Below, in pieces: positions 12,451 through 22,104 of a stretch of DNA of 64,000 nucleotides. The stretch is from NCBI GenBank assembly GCA_052034255.1, contig JBPOIU010000019.1:7842-71841 (forward strand), written 5' to 3'. The DNA is from Planctomycetota bacterium (GTDB taxonomy: Bacteria > Planctomycetota > B15-G4 > JADJEK01). Numbering within the stretch: position 1 is the first letter of the stretch; each line of letters starts with the position of its first letter. Below the pieces are notes generated by a model. It made no database searches, was not told the origin of the DNA, and was given only the letters and a program-made list of their open reading frames with translations. A program made the translations under genes and the position numbers.

Positions 12451-13209
12451 TCACACTTTGCGTTCCACTCCGAGGATCTTGAAGATCGCGTGCTTGCGGT
12501 CGCGGAACTCGTCGGTGTCGCAGTCGCGCGGGCGCGCCATCGGATTGTCGATGACGGAATGGATCGTCGCCGGACGGCGCGTCATGACCGCGACGCGGTC
12601 GGCGAGCTCGAGCGCTTCTTCGACGTCGTGCGTGACGAGGATGCAAGTCTTCTTCGTCTCGCGCCAGATGCGCACGATCTCGCGCCGCATCTCGATGCGC
12701 GTGAACGCGTCGAGCGCGCCGAACGGCTCGTCGAGGTAGAGCACGTCGGGATCGACGGCGAGCGCGCGCGCGAACTCGACGCGTTGCTTCATGCCGCCCG
12801 AGAGCTCGGCCGGGAACGACTTCTCGAAGCCTTCGAGCCCGACCAGCCGGATGAACTTCATCACGTGCTCGTGCTTCTTCTCGAAGTCGGGCTCGTCGAC
12901 GCCGAAGCCGATGTTGTCCCACACCGACATCCACGGAAAGATCCCGGTCTCCTGGAAGACGAACACGCGCTTCTTCGTCGGCTGGTCGACCTCGACGCCG
13001 TCGATCTGGATCGACCCGCGCGTGATGTGCTCGAACGCGGCCATGCAGTTCAGCAGCGTCGACTTGCCGCAACCCGACGGCCCGACGATCGCGAGGAACT
13101 CACCTTCGCGGACTTCGAGGTTCACGCCGTCGAGCACGTGGACGTCGCCCTTCTTCGTGCCGAAGGTCTTGTAGACGTCGCGGACCTGGATCTTCGTCGC
13201 CGCCGTCAT
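12451..13209 (-). CDS. ABC transporter ATP-binding protein, nitrate/sulfonate/taurine (SsuB/TauB) type
   Basis: Walker A (GPSGCGKST), the ABC signature (LSGGMKQRV) and Walker B (LYLDEPFGALD) are all present. There is an ATGA overlap with the permease gene. Confidence 0.9.
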   Translation of the reverse strand: MTAATKIQVRDVYKTFGTKKGDVHVLDGVNLEVREGEFLAIVGPSGCGKSTLLNCMAAFEHITRGSIQIDGVEVDQPTKKRVFVFQETGIFPWMSVWDNIGFGVDEPDFEKKHEHVMKFIRLVGLEGFEKSFPAELSGGMKQRVEFARALAVDPDVLYLDEPFGALDAFTRIEMRREIVRIWRETKKTCILVTHDVEEALELADRVAVMTRRPATIHSVIDNPMARPRDCDTDEFRDRKHAIFKILGVERKV

Positions 13210-14081
13210 CGCTGGTCCACTCCACGGCGCGCGAGCGTCGACGCCGTGATGCTCGAAATGCCGTAGTCGAGCGCGAGCCCGATCAGCCCGATGATCACCA
13301 TCGCCGCGGTCACCCAGTCCATGCGCAACATGTTGCGCGCATCGTTGACCTGGAAACCCAAGCCGGTCGAGACGCCGAGCATCTCCGCCGCGACGACGAC
13401 GACCCAGGCGATGCCGAGCGCGAGCCGCAACCCGGTGAGGATCTGCGGCATCGCCGCCGGCAGGATCACGCGGCGGAACAGATCGAGCCCCGTGACGCCG
13501 AAGTTCGCTGCCGAACGCAGGAACTTGCGTTCGATGGTCGCGACCGCGGCGGTGGTCGCGGTGACGATCGGGAAGAACGACGACAGGAAGATCAGGAAGA
13601 TCGCGGACTTGTCACTGGCATCGATCAGCCAGTTCGAGCCGCCGAACATCGTCACCGCGATCGCCAACCAGGCGATCGGCGAGATCGGACGCAGCCCCTG
13701 GACGACCGGGTTGAACAGCTTTCGCGTCAGCGGATACCAACCCATCAGGATGCCGAGCGGGATGCCGACGGCCGCGGCGATCGCGAAGCCCCACGCCACG
13801 CGGAACACCGACGCGACGACGTTCTTCCACAGCACGCCCTGCTCGAGGACTTCCACGAGCGCGAACCACGTCTGCGCGGGCGTCGGGATGTCGCTGATCT
13901 TGTTGCCCAGCGTGACGAGGTGCCACGCGAGGATGAACACGAGCCAGCCGATCGCGCCGTAGCCGAGCTTCGAGGACCACGCCGACTTGTCGGCGCGGGC
14001 CGCCGCTTCGATGTTCTTGGCGACTTCGATCCCGGCACGCGTTCCGGTGGCCACGGCGATTTGCGTTCGCACGTCGTTCAT
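13206..14081 (-). CDS. ABC transporter permease (SsuC/TauC-type, binding-protein-dependent transport inner membrane component)
   Basis: The true start is placed at Met 14081 (MNDVRTQ...), since the upstream 175 codons of the ORF are Arg/Gly-rich non-coding-like sequence. The product has multiple TM helices and an EAA-like loop, and the start overlaps the binding-protein gene stop in ATGA. Confidence 0.85.
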   Translation of the reverse strand: MNDVRTQIAVATGTRAGIEVAKNIEAAARADKSAWSSKLGYGAIGWLVFILAWHLVTLGNKISDIPTPAQTWFALVEVLEQGVLWKNVVASVFRVAWGFAIAAAVGIPLGILMGWYPLTRKLFNPVVQGLRPISPIAWLAIAVTMFGGSNWLIDASDKSAIFLIFLSSFFPIVTATTAAVATIERKFLRSAANFGVTGLDLFRRVILPAAMPQILTGLRLALGIAWVVVVAAEMLGVSTGLGFQVNDARNMLRMDWVTAAMVIIGLIGLALDYGISSITASTLARRGVDQR

Positions 14082-15091
14082 TTGCCCGCTCCTTGCTCCG
14101 CTGGCGCCTGCAACGGCATCGCTCGCACGTCGCCGAGTTGAAAGCGCGGATCGCAGTAGTCCTCGAACGTGAACGGGTCGTCCTTCGTGACCGGGCGATC
14201 GGCGAAGTACCCGAGCTTCTCGGCGTAGTGCTGGATCTCCTCGAGCTCGGCCCGGACGAGGTTCAGGTTCGTGTACTTCACGCGGTCGGGCGGCTTGCTG
14301 AGCACGAACTTCAACAGCTCGGGGTCCTGGTTGTAGTGCTCCTTGCGCGCGGCGATCAGCGCGGCCTGCATGCGGGACGTCCGTCCGAATCCGTCGGGGA
14401 TCACGACGTTGGAGTCGTCGTTCGCCGGCAGCCCACCCGCCGCCGCCTGCTCCGCGGTCATCACGCCGGCCATCAACCGTTCGTCCCCGCTGTCGATCCA
14501 CATGCCCGAGGCGCGAATGCCCGACACGAGTTCTTGCACCAGCGCGGGCTTCGTATCGATCAGGTCCTGAGTGACCACCAGCACGCACGAGATGAAGTTC
14601 GGCCACACGTCTTTCGTGAAGTAGAGCACGCGCCCGAAACCGTCGACTTGCGCCTTGGCCGCGAACGGCTCGCCGATGATGTACGCGTCGACTTCACCGG
14701 CCTTCAGCACGCCGGGATGCTCGGGGGGCGGATATTCGACGAGGGTCACGTCGTCGTCCTTCATGCCGAATTGCTCGATCAGCTTCTGGATCAGGATGCG
14801 CTGATTCGAGAACCGGCTCGGGATCGCGATCTTCTTGCCCTTCAGATCCGCGAACGTGTGATACGGCGAATCGGTCCGCACGATGATCGTCGTGCCGTCA
14901 CGATGGCCCAGGTGGACGATCTTGACCGGCCGCTTGCCGGTGCGCGCGACTTTCATCGCGAGGGGCGCGAGGATGAACGCGGCGTCGAGGTTCTTCGCGT
15001 TGATGTCTTCGATGACCGACGGGAAGCTCGTGTACCGCTTCGATTGGAACAGGGTGCCGCCGCTGGAGTGCTTGGTGACCCAACTGGTCAC
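14078..15091 (-). CDS. ABC transporter substrate-binding protein (NMT1/THI5-like, SsuA/TauA family) lacking its signal peptide because of an in-frame TGA upstream
   Basis: It is similar in character to sulfonate/nitrate-type binding proteins, but the ORF begins at GTG with no signal peptide. The signal-peptide-like 61-aa ORF 15107..15292 is in the same frame, separated only by TGA at 15107..15109 and five codons. Confidence 0.75.
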   Translation of the reverse strand: MTSWVTKHSSGGTLFQSKRYTSFPSVIEDINAKNLDAAFILAPLAMKVARTGKRPVKIVHLGHRDGTTIIVRTDSPYHTFADLKGKKIAIPSRFSNQRILIQKLIEQFGMKDDDVTLVEYPPPEHPGVLKAGEVDAYIIGEPFAAKAQVDGFGRVLYFTKDVWPNFISCVLVVTQDLIDTKPALVQELVSGIRASGMWIDSGDERLMAGVMTAEQAAAGGLPANDDSNVVIPDGFGRTSRMQAALIAARKEHYNQDPELLKFVLSKPPDRVKYTNLNLVRAELEEIQHYAEKLGYFADRPVTKDDPFTFEDYCDPRFQLGDVRAMPLQAPAEQGAGK

Positions 15092-15106
15092 CGGACAGGT
15101 GAGGTG

Positions 15107-15292
15107 TCACGTCACCGGAAGGTGAGCGACCGTCAGGGTCTCGCGGACGGTCTCGACGACCGCACCGCTCGCCGATTCCGTGCGTTGCGTGGCTTTCTTC
15201 TCGAACCAGCCCAGGTTCATCGTGCCGTGGGCGACGAGGAGGCCACCGAGCACGGTGAACGTGCCGAACATCAGCTTCAGCGCTTGGCTCAT
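15107..15292 (-). pseudogene. N-terminal (signal peptide) fragment of the ABC substrate-binding protein gene, cut off by an in-frame TGA inside a near-tandem duplication
   Basis: It encodes MSQALKLMFGTFTVLGGLLVAHG... (hydrophobic and signal-like). The frame is the same as CDS 14078..15091. On the + strand, ggtcaccggacaggtgag (15086..15103) and cgtcaccggaaggtgagc (15110..15127) are near-direct repeats flanking the stop codon. Confidence 0.5.
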
Positions 15293-15414
15293 GGCGTTCC
15301 AGGTTCCGACGCTGCCGACGCTCGAACGAGCGCCGCTCGAGCGTCGCCGAAGTCCCGGAGACTACCTCAGAAAACGTCCAGCGGGCGTGGTTCTTTTGGC
15401 GCCATATGCGTTGC

Positions 15415-18400
15415 CTATGGTGGACAGATCGTGAGCTGGAGCCCGTTCGAGAACGCCACGCCCTGGGCTTGATTCGCGTCCGGCGCCGCGGTCTGGACGA
15501 ACAACGACAAACCGGCGATGCCCGGGTCGTTCGGCAACTGCAGCTCGAACCCCGATTCGCCCTCGATCACGGGCAACACGATGAGCCCGATGAAGCCGAC
15601 CGGCCCGACCAGCAATTGCCCGCCGTAGAACGGCGTGGCGCCCGCGGTCGTCGACAAGAACATGCCGGCCACAGCCGCTCCGCCGAGGTTGAACGCCTCG
15701 ACCTCGAACAACCCACCCACGCGCGGATCCCCGTTGCCGACCAAGCCGAGCGTATGGCTCGGCGCCGCCACGAGTCCGAACGTGGTGAATCCGCATCCCG
15801 CCGGACACGATCCGCCGCCCGTCGGCACTTGCGCGTACGTGAGGATCAACCGCGGCGGTTGCCCCGACGCGACGTTGCGCGCGCTGCGCCATTGCGGGAA
15901 GACCGTCGGTGAGCCGTCGAATACCAAGCCGACATGATTGCCCGGGAGCCAGTCGGGTCGATCGACGACCGCTTGCACCAACGCCGCCAAGTCGGGTGTC
16001 GCGTACGTCGCACCGGGCAGCCACGTCGGGAACGTGTAACTGATCTGCTCGCTGGTCCAGGGCGCGAGTTGCGTGAGGGGCGTACTCGATCCGGCGACGA
16101 ACGCCGGAGCGTCACCGACATCGAACGCGCGCACGATCGCCTGCGGCGCTCCGTCTTGCTGTGCGCCCGCGACGAACTCGATCTTGGCCGACAGGATCGT
16201 CGCGCCGCTCGGCACGTTCAGCGCGAACCGCGCGCCGAGCTGCAACGGACTGAGCGTCGGTTGCTTGCCGACGCGCACGGTCGCCGGATCGGCGGCGTCG
16301 GCGTGTACGACACCGCTCGCGCTCTCGTATTGCGCGAGATCGGCGATCGCCGCGACCGGCACGTTCAGCGTCGTCGACGGCAGCAGCTGATACCGAGCGG
16401 TCAAATGCAGAGCGCCCTGCGGCGCGGTCACCGCATGCTGTCGCGCTCCACCGTCGCTCCAGCATTGGAAGGCGTACGCCTGCCCGCCGACCATCGCGAT
16501 CGCCGGGGCCTCGACGACGTGCGTGAAGCCGACGAGGCTCTCGAGCGCGGTCGGCGTCGGCGTGTTCTCCGCGTCGACCAGCAGCGGCAGACCGAATGGC
16601 TCGGTCTGGAGTCCCAACGCCGAATGTTCGGGCTCGAGTTCGACCTCGGTGGTCGTCGTGAGTCCGTCCGCGTCGGTGACGGTCAGCCGGATCACGTAAT
16701 GGGTGTCATCGGGACCATGCCCCGTCGCCGGCACGGTGAACTGACCCTGCGTCACGCCGGTCAGCGGCCCGAGGAACGGATGCTCGTGCTCGTGGTGATG
16801 CAGCATGACCTTCCACGAGAACGCGCTCGCGGGCAGCGTGCCGTCCTCGGCGTCGGTCGCGCTTCCGAGGAAGCGGATCGTGTCACCCGCAGCGTACGGC
16901 TGGCCCGGCAGCGGCGCGACGATCGACGGTACGGGCGGTGTCCCGACCGCGACGACGATCGGAGCCGACAGCGTCGTCGCGCTGCCGTCGCTGACCGCCA
17001 GTTGCGCGATCTTCAGGCCGTTCGCCGCGTAGGTGTGCAGCGGCTGCGGCAGGTTCGACGTGCCGCCGTCCCCGAACGTCCACGCATAGCTGAGCGGTTG
17101 CGGGCCGGCGTCGGGATCGAACGTCCCGGCGCTCGAGAATTGCACGGCCTGCGGTGCGGGCCCGCTGCCGCTCGCCGCGGACGCGAACACGACGGGAGCC
17201 GCGTTGCCGCCGCCCAACGCGCGGATGCGGTACAGCGCCGAGGCGTCGTTCCAACTGCCGATCGCGCCGCCGAACGTCAGGTAGTACAGCGCGCCATCCG
17301 GCCCGACGCGCATGTCGACGATCGTCCCGGCGTACGGCGGGTACAGGAACAACGGATCGGCGACGACGTCGCCGTTCGCGTCGAACACGAGCCGGCGCAT
17401 CCAGCGATTGACGAAGTCGCCGACGTAGAGGCAATCGCGGTAGCCGGCAGGGAATTGCGCCGCGCGCACGCGCGGCCCCATCGTGATCGAGCCCTGCGGC
17501 ACGAGCAGGTAGTACTCGGGATCGATGTGCTGATACGCGAAGTGCGGCTTCGCGAATCCTGAGCAATCGGCGAGGAAGCACTCGTCGGCTTCGGAATCCG
17601 GCCAGCCGAAGTTCGCGGCCGGCTGGACCAGGTTCGCTTCCTCCCACGACGTGAGATTGTTGCCGCCGACGTCGCCGATCCACATCTGCCCGGTCCGCGG
17701 ATCGACGCTCGAGCGAAACGGATTGCGCAGACCGTAGGCGAAGATCGCCGGCTTCGCGCCCGACGCTCCGACGAACGGATTGTCCGAAGGAACCGACCCG
17801 TCGTCGTTCAGGCGCAGCAGCTTGCCGTCGAACGCCGTCAGATCCTGTGCGCGCGTGGCGACGAAGTTGTCGCCGACGGTCACGTAGAGCTTGCCGTCCG
17901 CGCCGAACGCGAGCGCGCCGCCGTGATGGAAATCCGACGCCAGATGGTCGTTCTGCCAGATCAGCGTCTCGCTGAGCGGATCGACGCTCGCGCCCTGCAC
18001 CGTGAACCGCGCGACCCGGTCGCGCGGTTCGGAGGTCGTGTAGAACGCGTAGAGGTAGCCGTTCGTCACGAACTGCGGATGCGCCGCGAGGCCGACCAAT
18101 CCGCGCTCGCCGTTCGTCGTGTCGACGGCGATCTGCGCGAGCGGCGCCGCTTGCAGTTGGCCGTTCGCGTAGACCTTGATCGCTCCACCGCGTTCACCGA
18201 TCAGCAGCCGGCCGTCGGGCAGGAACTCGAGTACGGTCGGCTCGTTCAGGTTCGTCACCAATTGCGTGCGCTCGAACCCCGGCGGCAACCCGGTGTTCGA
18301 GACGACGGCAGTATGCGTCGCGTTCACCGCCCCGGACATCCACGTCGCCATCGCCGGCCCGCTGGCGATCGTGCCGGAGGGTGCGTTCGCGCCGCTCGTG

Positions 18401-19224
18401 TCGTGCGCGACGGTGCCGACACCCTCTTCGAGGCGATACGAACCGACGAGCCCCGGCGTCAGCGGCAACAGCACGCGATCGAGAGCTTCGAGCACTTGCA
18501 CATGCGAGCGCGCGACGCTCCAGATGCGGATCTCGTCGATGAAGCCGTTGAAGGCCGGGAACTGCGGCAGGTCGTGTTTCGCCGCGCCGATGACCAGGAA
18601 GCGCCCGAGAGCATCCTGCGCGCCGACGACGCCGCCGTCCGGATACGAGAGGTCCGCGGTCGACGCTCCCGCCATGCTGTGCACGTCGAGCGCGCCGTCG
18701 ACGTAGATCGCCTTCTCGCCACTGTCGCGCTCACGGACCACGGCGACGTGGTGCCACGCGCCATCGAGCACCAGCGTGTTGCCTTCCAACGTGTGCTCGT
18801 TGTCCGTCGCCGTTTGGCCACGCCCCGTGCCGAAGCGCACGAAGCCACCGGCGATCGACACCCCGAAGTCGGCGTCGCTGCCGCCGAGGATGTCGCGGTC
18901 GACGACGACGTTGCCGTTCATCCACGCGTTCGTCAGCAGATCGACGTCGCCCCCTGCGTTCGCGGTCGGGTTGTCGGCGAGGTTGCCCTTCACCCAAAAC
19001 TCGATCGTGAAGTCCCCGGCGCCGACGTCGATCGGCGTGTTCCCCGCGCTGCCCGCGACGTCGTCGTCGACCGGAATCTTGATGCGATCCCGTTGCGCGG
19101 TACCGGTGCCGAAGAAGCGGATCGAGAACGACGATGCGGACGATTGGGCCCACGAATCGCTCGCGCAGCAAAGCGCGAGCACCGCGACCGCAACCGACCT
19201 GCCGGCAGACAGGCCGAACGACAT
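15415..19224 (-). CDS. Very large exported multidomain protein: LamG/ConA-like lectin domain, PQQ-dependent sugar (glucose/sorbosone) dehydrogenase-like beta-propeller, PKD domain, and an uncharacterised ~500-aa C-terminal region
   Basis: The start is set at Met 19224 with a signal peptide (MSFGLSAGRSVAVAVLALCCASDSWAQS). The LamG-like motifs are FTIEFWVKG..LDGAWHHVAVV..YVDG. The GSDH motifs are GLVGLAAHPQF, HHGGALAFGADGKLYV and GLRNPF. The PKD motif is SYAWTFGDGGTS. Confidence 0.8.
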   Translation of the reverse strand: MSFGLSAGRSVAVAVLALCCASDSWAQSSASSFSIRFFGTGTAQRDRIKIPVDDDVAGSAGNTPIDVGAGDFTIEFWVKGNLADNPTANAGGDVDLLTNAWMNGNVVVDRDILGGSDADFGVSIAGGFVRFGTGRGQTATDNEHTLEGNTLVLDGAWHHVAVVRERDSGEKAIYVDGALDVHSMAGASTADLSYPDGGVVGAQDALGRFLVIGAAKHDLPQFPAFNGFIDEIRIWSVARSHVQVLEALDRVLLPLTPGLVGSYRLEEGVGTVAHDTSGANAPSGTIASGPAMATWMSGAVNATHTAVVSNTGLPPGFERTQLVTNLNEPTVLEFLPDGRLLIGERGGAIKVYANGQLQAAPLAQIAVDTTNGERGLVGLAAHPQFVTNGYLYAFYTTSEPRDRVARFTVQGASVDPLSETLIWQNDHLASDFHHGGALAFGADGKLYVTVGDNFVATRAQDLTAFDGKLLRLNDDGSVPSDNPFVGASGAKPAIFAYGLRNPFRSSVDPRTGQMWIGDVGGNNLTSWEEANLVQPAANFGWPDSEADECFLADCSGFAKPHFAYQHIDPEYYLLVPQGSITMGPRVRAAQFPAGYRDCLYVGDFVNRWMRRLVFDANGDVVADPLFLYPPYAGTIVDMRVGPDGALYYLTFGGAIGSWNDASALYRIRALGGGNAAPVVFASAASGSGPAPQAVQFSSAGTFDPDAGPQPLSYAWTFGDGGTSNLPQPLHTYAANGLKIAQLAVSDGSATTLSAPIVVAVGTPPVPSIVAPLPGQPYAAGDTIRFLGSATDAEDGTLPASAFSWKVMLHHHEHEHPFLGPLTGVTQGQFTVPATGHGPDDTHYVIRLTVTDADGLTTTTEVELEPEHSALGLQTEPFGLPLLVDAENTPTPTALESLVGFTHVVEAPAIAMVGGQAYAFQCWSDGGARQHAVTAPQGALHLTARYQLLPSTTLNVPVAAIADLAQYESASGVVHADAADPATVRVGKQPTLSPLQLGARFALNVPSGATILSAKIEFVAGAQQDGAPQAIVRAFDVGDAPAFVAGSSTPLTQLAPWTSEQISYTFPTWLPGATYATPDLAALVQAVVDRPDWLPGNHVGLVFDGSPTVFPQWRSARNVASGQPPRLILTYAQVPTGGGSCPAGCGFTTFGLVAAPSHTLGLVGNGDPRVGGLFEVEAFNLGGAAVAGMFLSTTAGATPFYGGQLLVGPVGFIGLIVLPVIEGESGFELQLPNDPGIAGLSLFVQTAAPDANQAQGVAFSNGLQLTICPP

Positions 19225-19455
19225 GGGGAACTCCAGGGGCGGGATACTGGAAGCGAACGGCCTGCGGGTCGAGTGCGGGCCGTTCGCCACGAATTCCTCT
19301 CGGAGGATGCCCGACCGTTCGCTCGCACGCCATGTGTTTCCTGCGGCGATCTGCGACCGCAGATCCATCGAAGCCGAGTGCCATGCTCACGGCCCCGCGC
19401 GCCGTGCGCGGATCGAGCGATTCGAGCCCACGCGCCCCGCCGAATTTTCCCCGAA

Positions 19456-20736
19456 TCAGGGGATCTCGACGAAGGTGTCGGTGCCAGCGCCCGTCGCGAC
19501 CGTGGATTCACCACCGACGACTACCTGGAAGAACGTGACTTCGTCGTCGGCCTTGCCGGCCTTGATCGACAGGTTCCCCGTGACGGAGACGGCGGAGACC
19601 GACACGTCGTTCTCCCCACCACCGAGCGAAAACAGCGCGCCGCCCTCCGCGTTGGACTCGGTGAACACGACGGTGTCCGGCGCTCCCTTGCACTTGACGA
19701 CGACGTCGCCGACGACATGGAGTCGGCTCAACCACGACCATGTCGACGTCTTCGACCGAATGTCGAGCCGCAGGTCGCCACCCACTTCGGTTGGGTGGAT
19801 GAACGACGTCAGCGTCTCGTCGGCGTTCGAAGTGAAACGCACGTCGTCACCGAACACGCAATGCACGACATCCAGTTTCGCGATCGGCCCTTTCGCTGCG
19901 TTGACGCGGATCGCCTGGCTCGCCGATGAGTTCAGGAGCGAGACGCTGAGGTTTGCCGGGCCGCGCAGGTCCACCGCCGAAGCGAACGCGGCCTGGTCGA
20001 TCGCGACGACCGCATTCGGGGCCGTCGCCGTGATCACGGTCGATCCAGCCACGGTCACTTCGCCGATCTTGATCGGCGCTGGTGACGCGCCCTTGAGTCT
20101 CAGGTGTCGGCCAACCGTCACTGCCTCGACGACCGATTCCCCAACCGCAGCCGCGGCGGGTGATTTCCCGAACCTCAGATCCAAGTCGCGCCCGACCGAC
20201 GTGGTCCGAACTCCGAAGTCCAAGCCGACCGCGCCGCTGTCCATTCGCACGTCTCGACCGATGTCGCATTTGGTGACCTCGATCTCGTCCCGATCCGCAC
20301 TCTTCAGCACACGCAGGTCCATGCCGATCGTCGCGTGGTGAACGTTCGCGGAGTCCGCACCGGCTCCAAGTCGCATGCGCAGACTTCGCTCCACGGCGCC
20401 GGCACAATCGAGATGATCGTCGCCACCGCCGAGGTCGACCACGACGTCTCGACCGACGCCTTGGAACGCGACCATGTGGACACCGTTGATCGAAGTCGTC
20501 GCCGCCCCCGCAGTCACGAACCACGCGTTCGAACTCGCGACGTGGACCATGAGCACGGAGTCCGCGTCGGCCCCTCCCGTCACCAACAAGTCGCCGCTCT
20601 TGTTGACCACGGCGCTCACCTCGCCGGCATTCAAGGGAGCCGCGAGCGCAAGAAGAAGCAGTCCGAGCGAGGCGTACCGCGCGGGGCTGCGCCGCTCGCA
20701 TCCAAGTTCCGTCGATCGATCCATCGCCGCCTCCAT
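19456..20736 (-). CDS. Secreted RTX-like beta-roll repeat protein (GGxGxD calcium-binding-type repeats), paralog A
   Basis: The signal peptide (MEAAMDRST..LGLLLLALAAPLNA) is followed by repeats such as DLGGGDDHLD, LGGGENDVSV and TGAGTDTFVEIP, plus GRDxR repeats. It is about 45-50% identical to the adjacent paralog, and the shared segment NAxETLTSFIHPT..STWSWLS is conserved. Confidence 0.65.
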   Translation of the reverse strand: MEAAMDRSTELGCERRSPARYASLGLLLLALAAPLNAGEVSAVVNKSGDLLVTGGADADSVLMVHVASSNAWFVTAGAATTSINGVHMVAFQGVGRDVVVDLGGGDDHLDCAGAVERSLRMRLGAGADSANVHHATIGMDLRVLKSADRDEIEVTKCDIGRDVRMDSGAVGLDFGVRTTSVGRDLDLRFGKSPAAAAVGESVVEAVTVGRHLRLKGASPAPIKIGEVTVAGSTVITATAPNAVVAIDQAAFASAVDLRGPANLSVSLLNSSASQAIRVNAAKGPIAKLDVVHCVFGDDVRFTSNADETLTSFIHPTEVGGDLRLDIRSKTSTWSWLSRLHVVGDVVVKCKGAPDTVVFTESNAEGGALFSLGGGENDVSVSAVSVTGNLSIKAGKADDEVTFFQVVVGGESTVATGAGTDTFVEIP

Positions 20737-20777
20737 GGCCGAGTGCACCGGTGCTTCAGGGCGCCAGTACGCGAAGA

Positions 20778-22031
20778 TCACGGGATCACCGTGAGGGTGT
20801 CGGTTCCGATGCCGGTCTTCACGATCGGCGAGCCGCCAAGTGCGACCTTGTAGAAGTAGACGTCGTCGTTGCCCTTGCCGGCACGAACGGCGAGATCGCC
20901 GTCGATGGTGACCGCGGACAGAGTGAACTCGTTGTCGCCGCCGCGCAGATCGAACGAAACGTCGCCACCGCAGGACGATTCCGTGTACGTCAGGCTGTCG
21001 ACGCCATTCTTCGTCCGAACGACGATCGCGCCACTGACGTCGAGCTTGCTGAGCCACGACCACGTCGAAGTCACTGAACGCAGATCCATGCGCAGATTGC
21101 CGTGGATCCAAGTCGGATGGATGAACGACGTCAGCGTCTCGGCCGCGTTCGACGTCCACAGCAAGTCCCCCCACACCTCGCTCAGGATGACGCCGAACGT
21201 CGCGACCTGCCCCTTGCCCGCGACGACGCGTGCGCGTCCCTCGATCTTGCTCTCGACGAGCGAAACCGACACGTCGCCCGTGCCACGAACGTCCAGGTTC
21301 GCATGGAACATCGACCCCGCGATCGCGATCGCGCTGAACGGCACGACCGCACGAATGTCGGCCTTGCCGTCCACGGTCGTGTTCGTCACCTCGATCGTCT
21401 TCGGTGACGCACCGACCAACGTGAGGTTGCGACCGATCGAGCTGTCCTCGAGTCGTGTCGACCCGAACGTCCCCAATGCCGAGGCGGTACCGAAACCGAT
21501 GGCCGCGTCGCGCTTGATCGTCGAAGTCCGGATCCGATAGGCGACTCCGGCCGCGCCACTCTTGACTCGCAAGTCGCGACCGACCGACATCCCGTCGAGC
21601 GCGAGAGAATCGCGATCCGCGCCCTTCTCGATGCGCACGTCCCGGCCGATCGTCGCGTTGTTGACGCCGAAGAAATCCTCGCCGGACCCCAACCTCACGC
21701 GCAGGTCACGTGGCGCGATGCCGGCGAAGTCGACGCGGTCGTCGCCTCCGCCCATGTCGAACACGACATCGCGCGCGACTCCGTAGAACGTGTCGGCCGT
21801 GAAGCCGTTGATCGTCGTCGGCGACAACGTCGACTGGATCGCCCAGTAGTTCCCGCCCGGCGAATAGAACACCGCGATGTCGTCGCGGACCTCCGAGCCC
21901 TTGACGACGAGGTCACCGGACTTCGACACGAACGCCTCGACGTCGGCAGCGCGGGCACTCGCACCCACCGACGCGATGAACGCGAACGCTGTTAGAGCAA
22001 GACCTTGCGACCGGAACTTCGAACCAAGCAT
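20778..22031 (-). CDS. Secreted RTX-like beta-roll repeat protein, paralog B (tandem duplicate of paralog A)
   Basis: The start at Met 22031 gives a signal peptide (MLGSKFRSQGLALTAFAFIASVGASARA). Repeat motifs include DMGGGDDRVDF, LRGGDNEFTL and TGIGTDTLTVIP, and the C-terminal third is collinear with paralog A. Confidence 0.65.
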   Translation of the reverse strand: MLGSKFRSQGLALTAFAFIASVGASARAADVEAFVSKSGDLVVKGSEVRDDIAVFYSPGGNYWAIQSTLSPTTINGFTADTFYGVARDVVFDMGGGDDRVDFAGIAPRDLRVRLGSGEDFFGVNNATIGRDVRIEKGADRDSLALDGMSVGRDLRVKSGAAGVAYRIRTSTIKRDAAIGFGTASALGTFGSTRLEDSSIGRNLTLVGASPKTIEVTNTTVDGKADIRAVVPFSAIAIAGSMFHANLDVRGTGDVSVSLVESKIEGRARVVAGKGQVATFGVILSEVWGDLLWTSNAAETLTSFIHPTWIHGNLRMDLRSVTSTWSWLSKLDVSGAIVVRTKNGVDSLTYTESSCGGDVSFDLRGGDNEFTLSAVTIDGDLAVRAGKGNDDVYFYKVALGGSPIVKTGIGTDTLTVIP

Positions 22032-22104
22032 GGGAGCCTCCTTCGCGTGGCCATCGACGCTCGACCGCGGACTCGCGGCAGGGGTCGGGACAAAGGTCGC
22101 CACG

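Noticed and set aside
13206-14606. The N-terminal 175 codons of the permease ORF as given in the track (13206..14606)
   Set aside because: The upstream extension (MAELHLVRAGGHSGPDRYEARAGARTR...) is Arg/Gly-rich and would overlap the binding-protein gene by more than 500 bp. The Met at 14081 gives a normal permease with an ATGA junction.
15104-15109. In-frame TGA in the binding-protein gene as a selenocysteine or programmed read-through codon
   Set aside because: There is no SECIS-like context and no redox motif, and the stop sits inside an obvious small duplication. Pseudogene or assembly error is the simpler explanation.
15934-20341. Plus-strand ORFs 15934..17562, 17923..19929 and 18776..20341 opposite the LamG/GSDH/PKD and beta-roll genes
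   Set aside because: Shadow ORFs. The minus-strand products have signal peptides and multiple recognisable domains, and the plus-strand products are Arg-rich.
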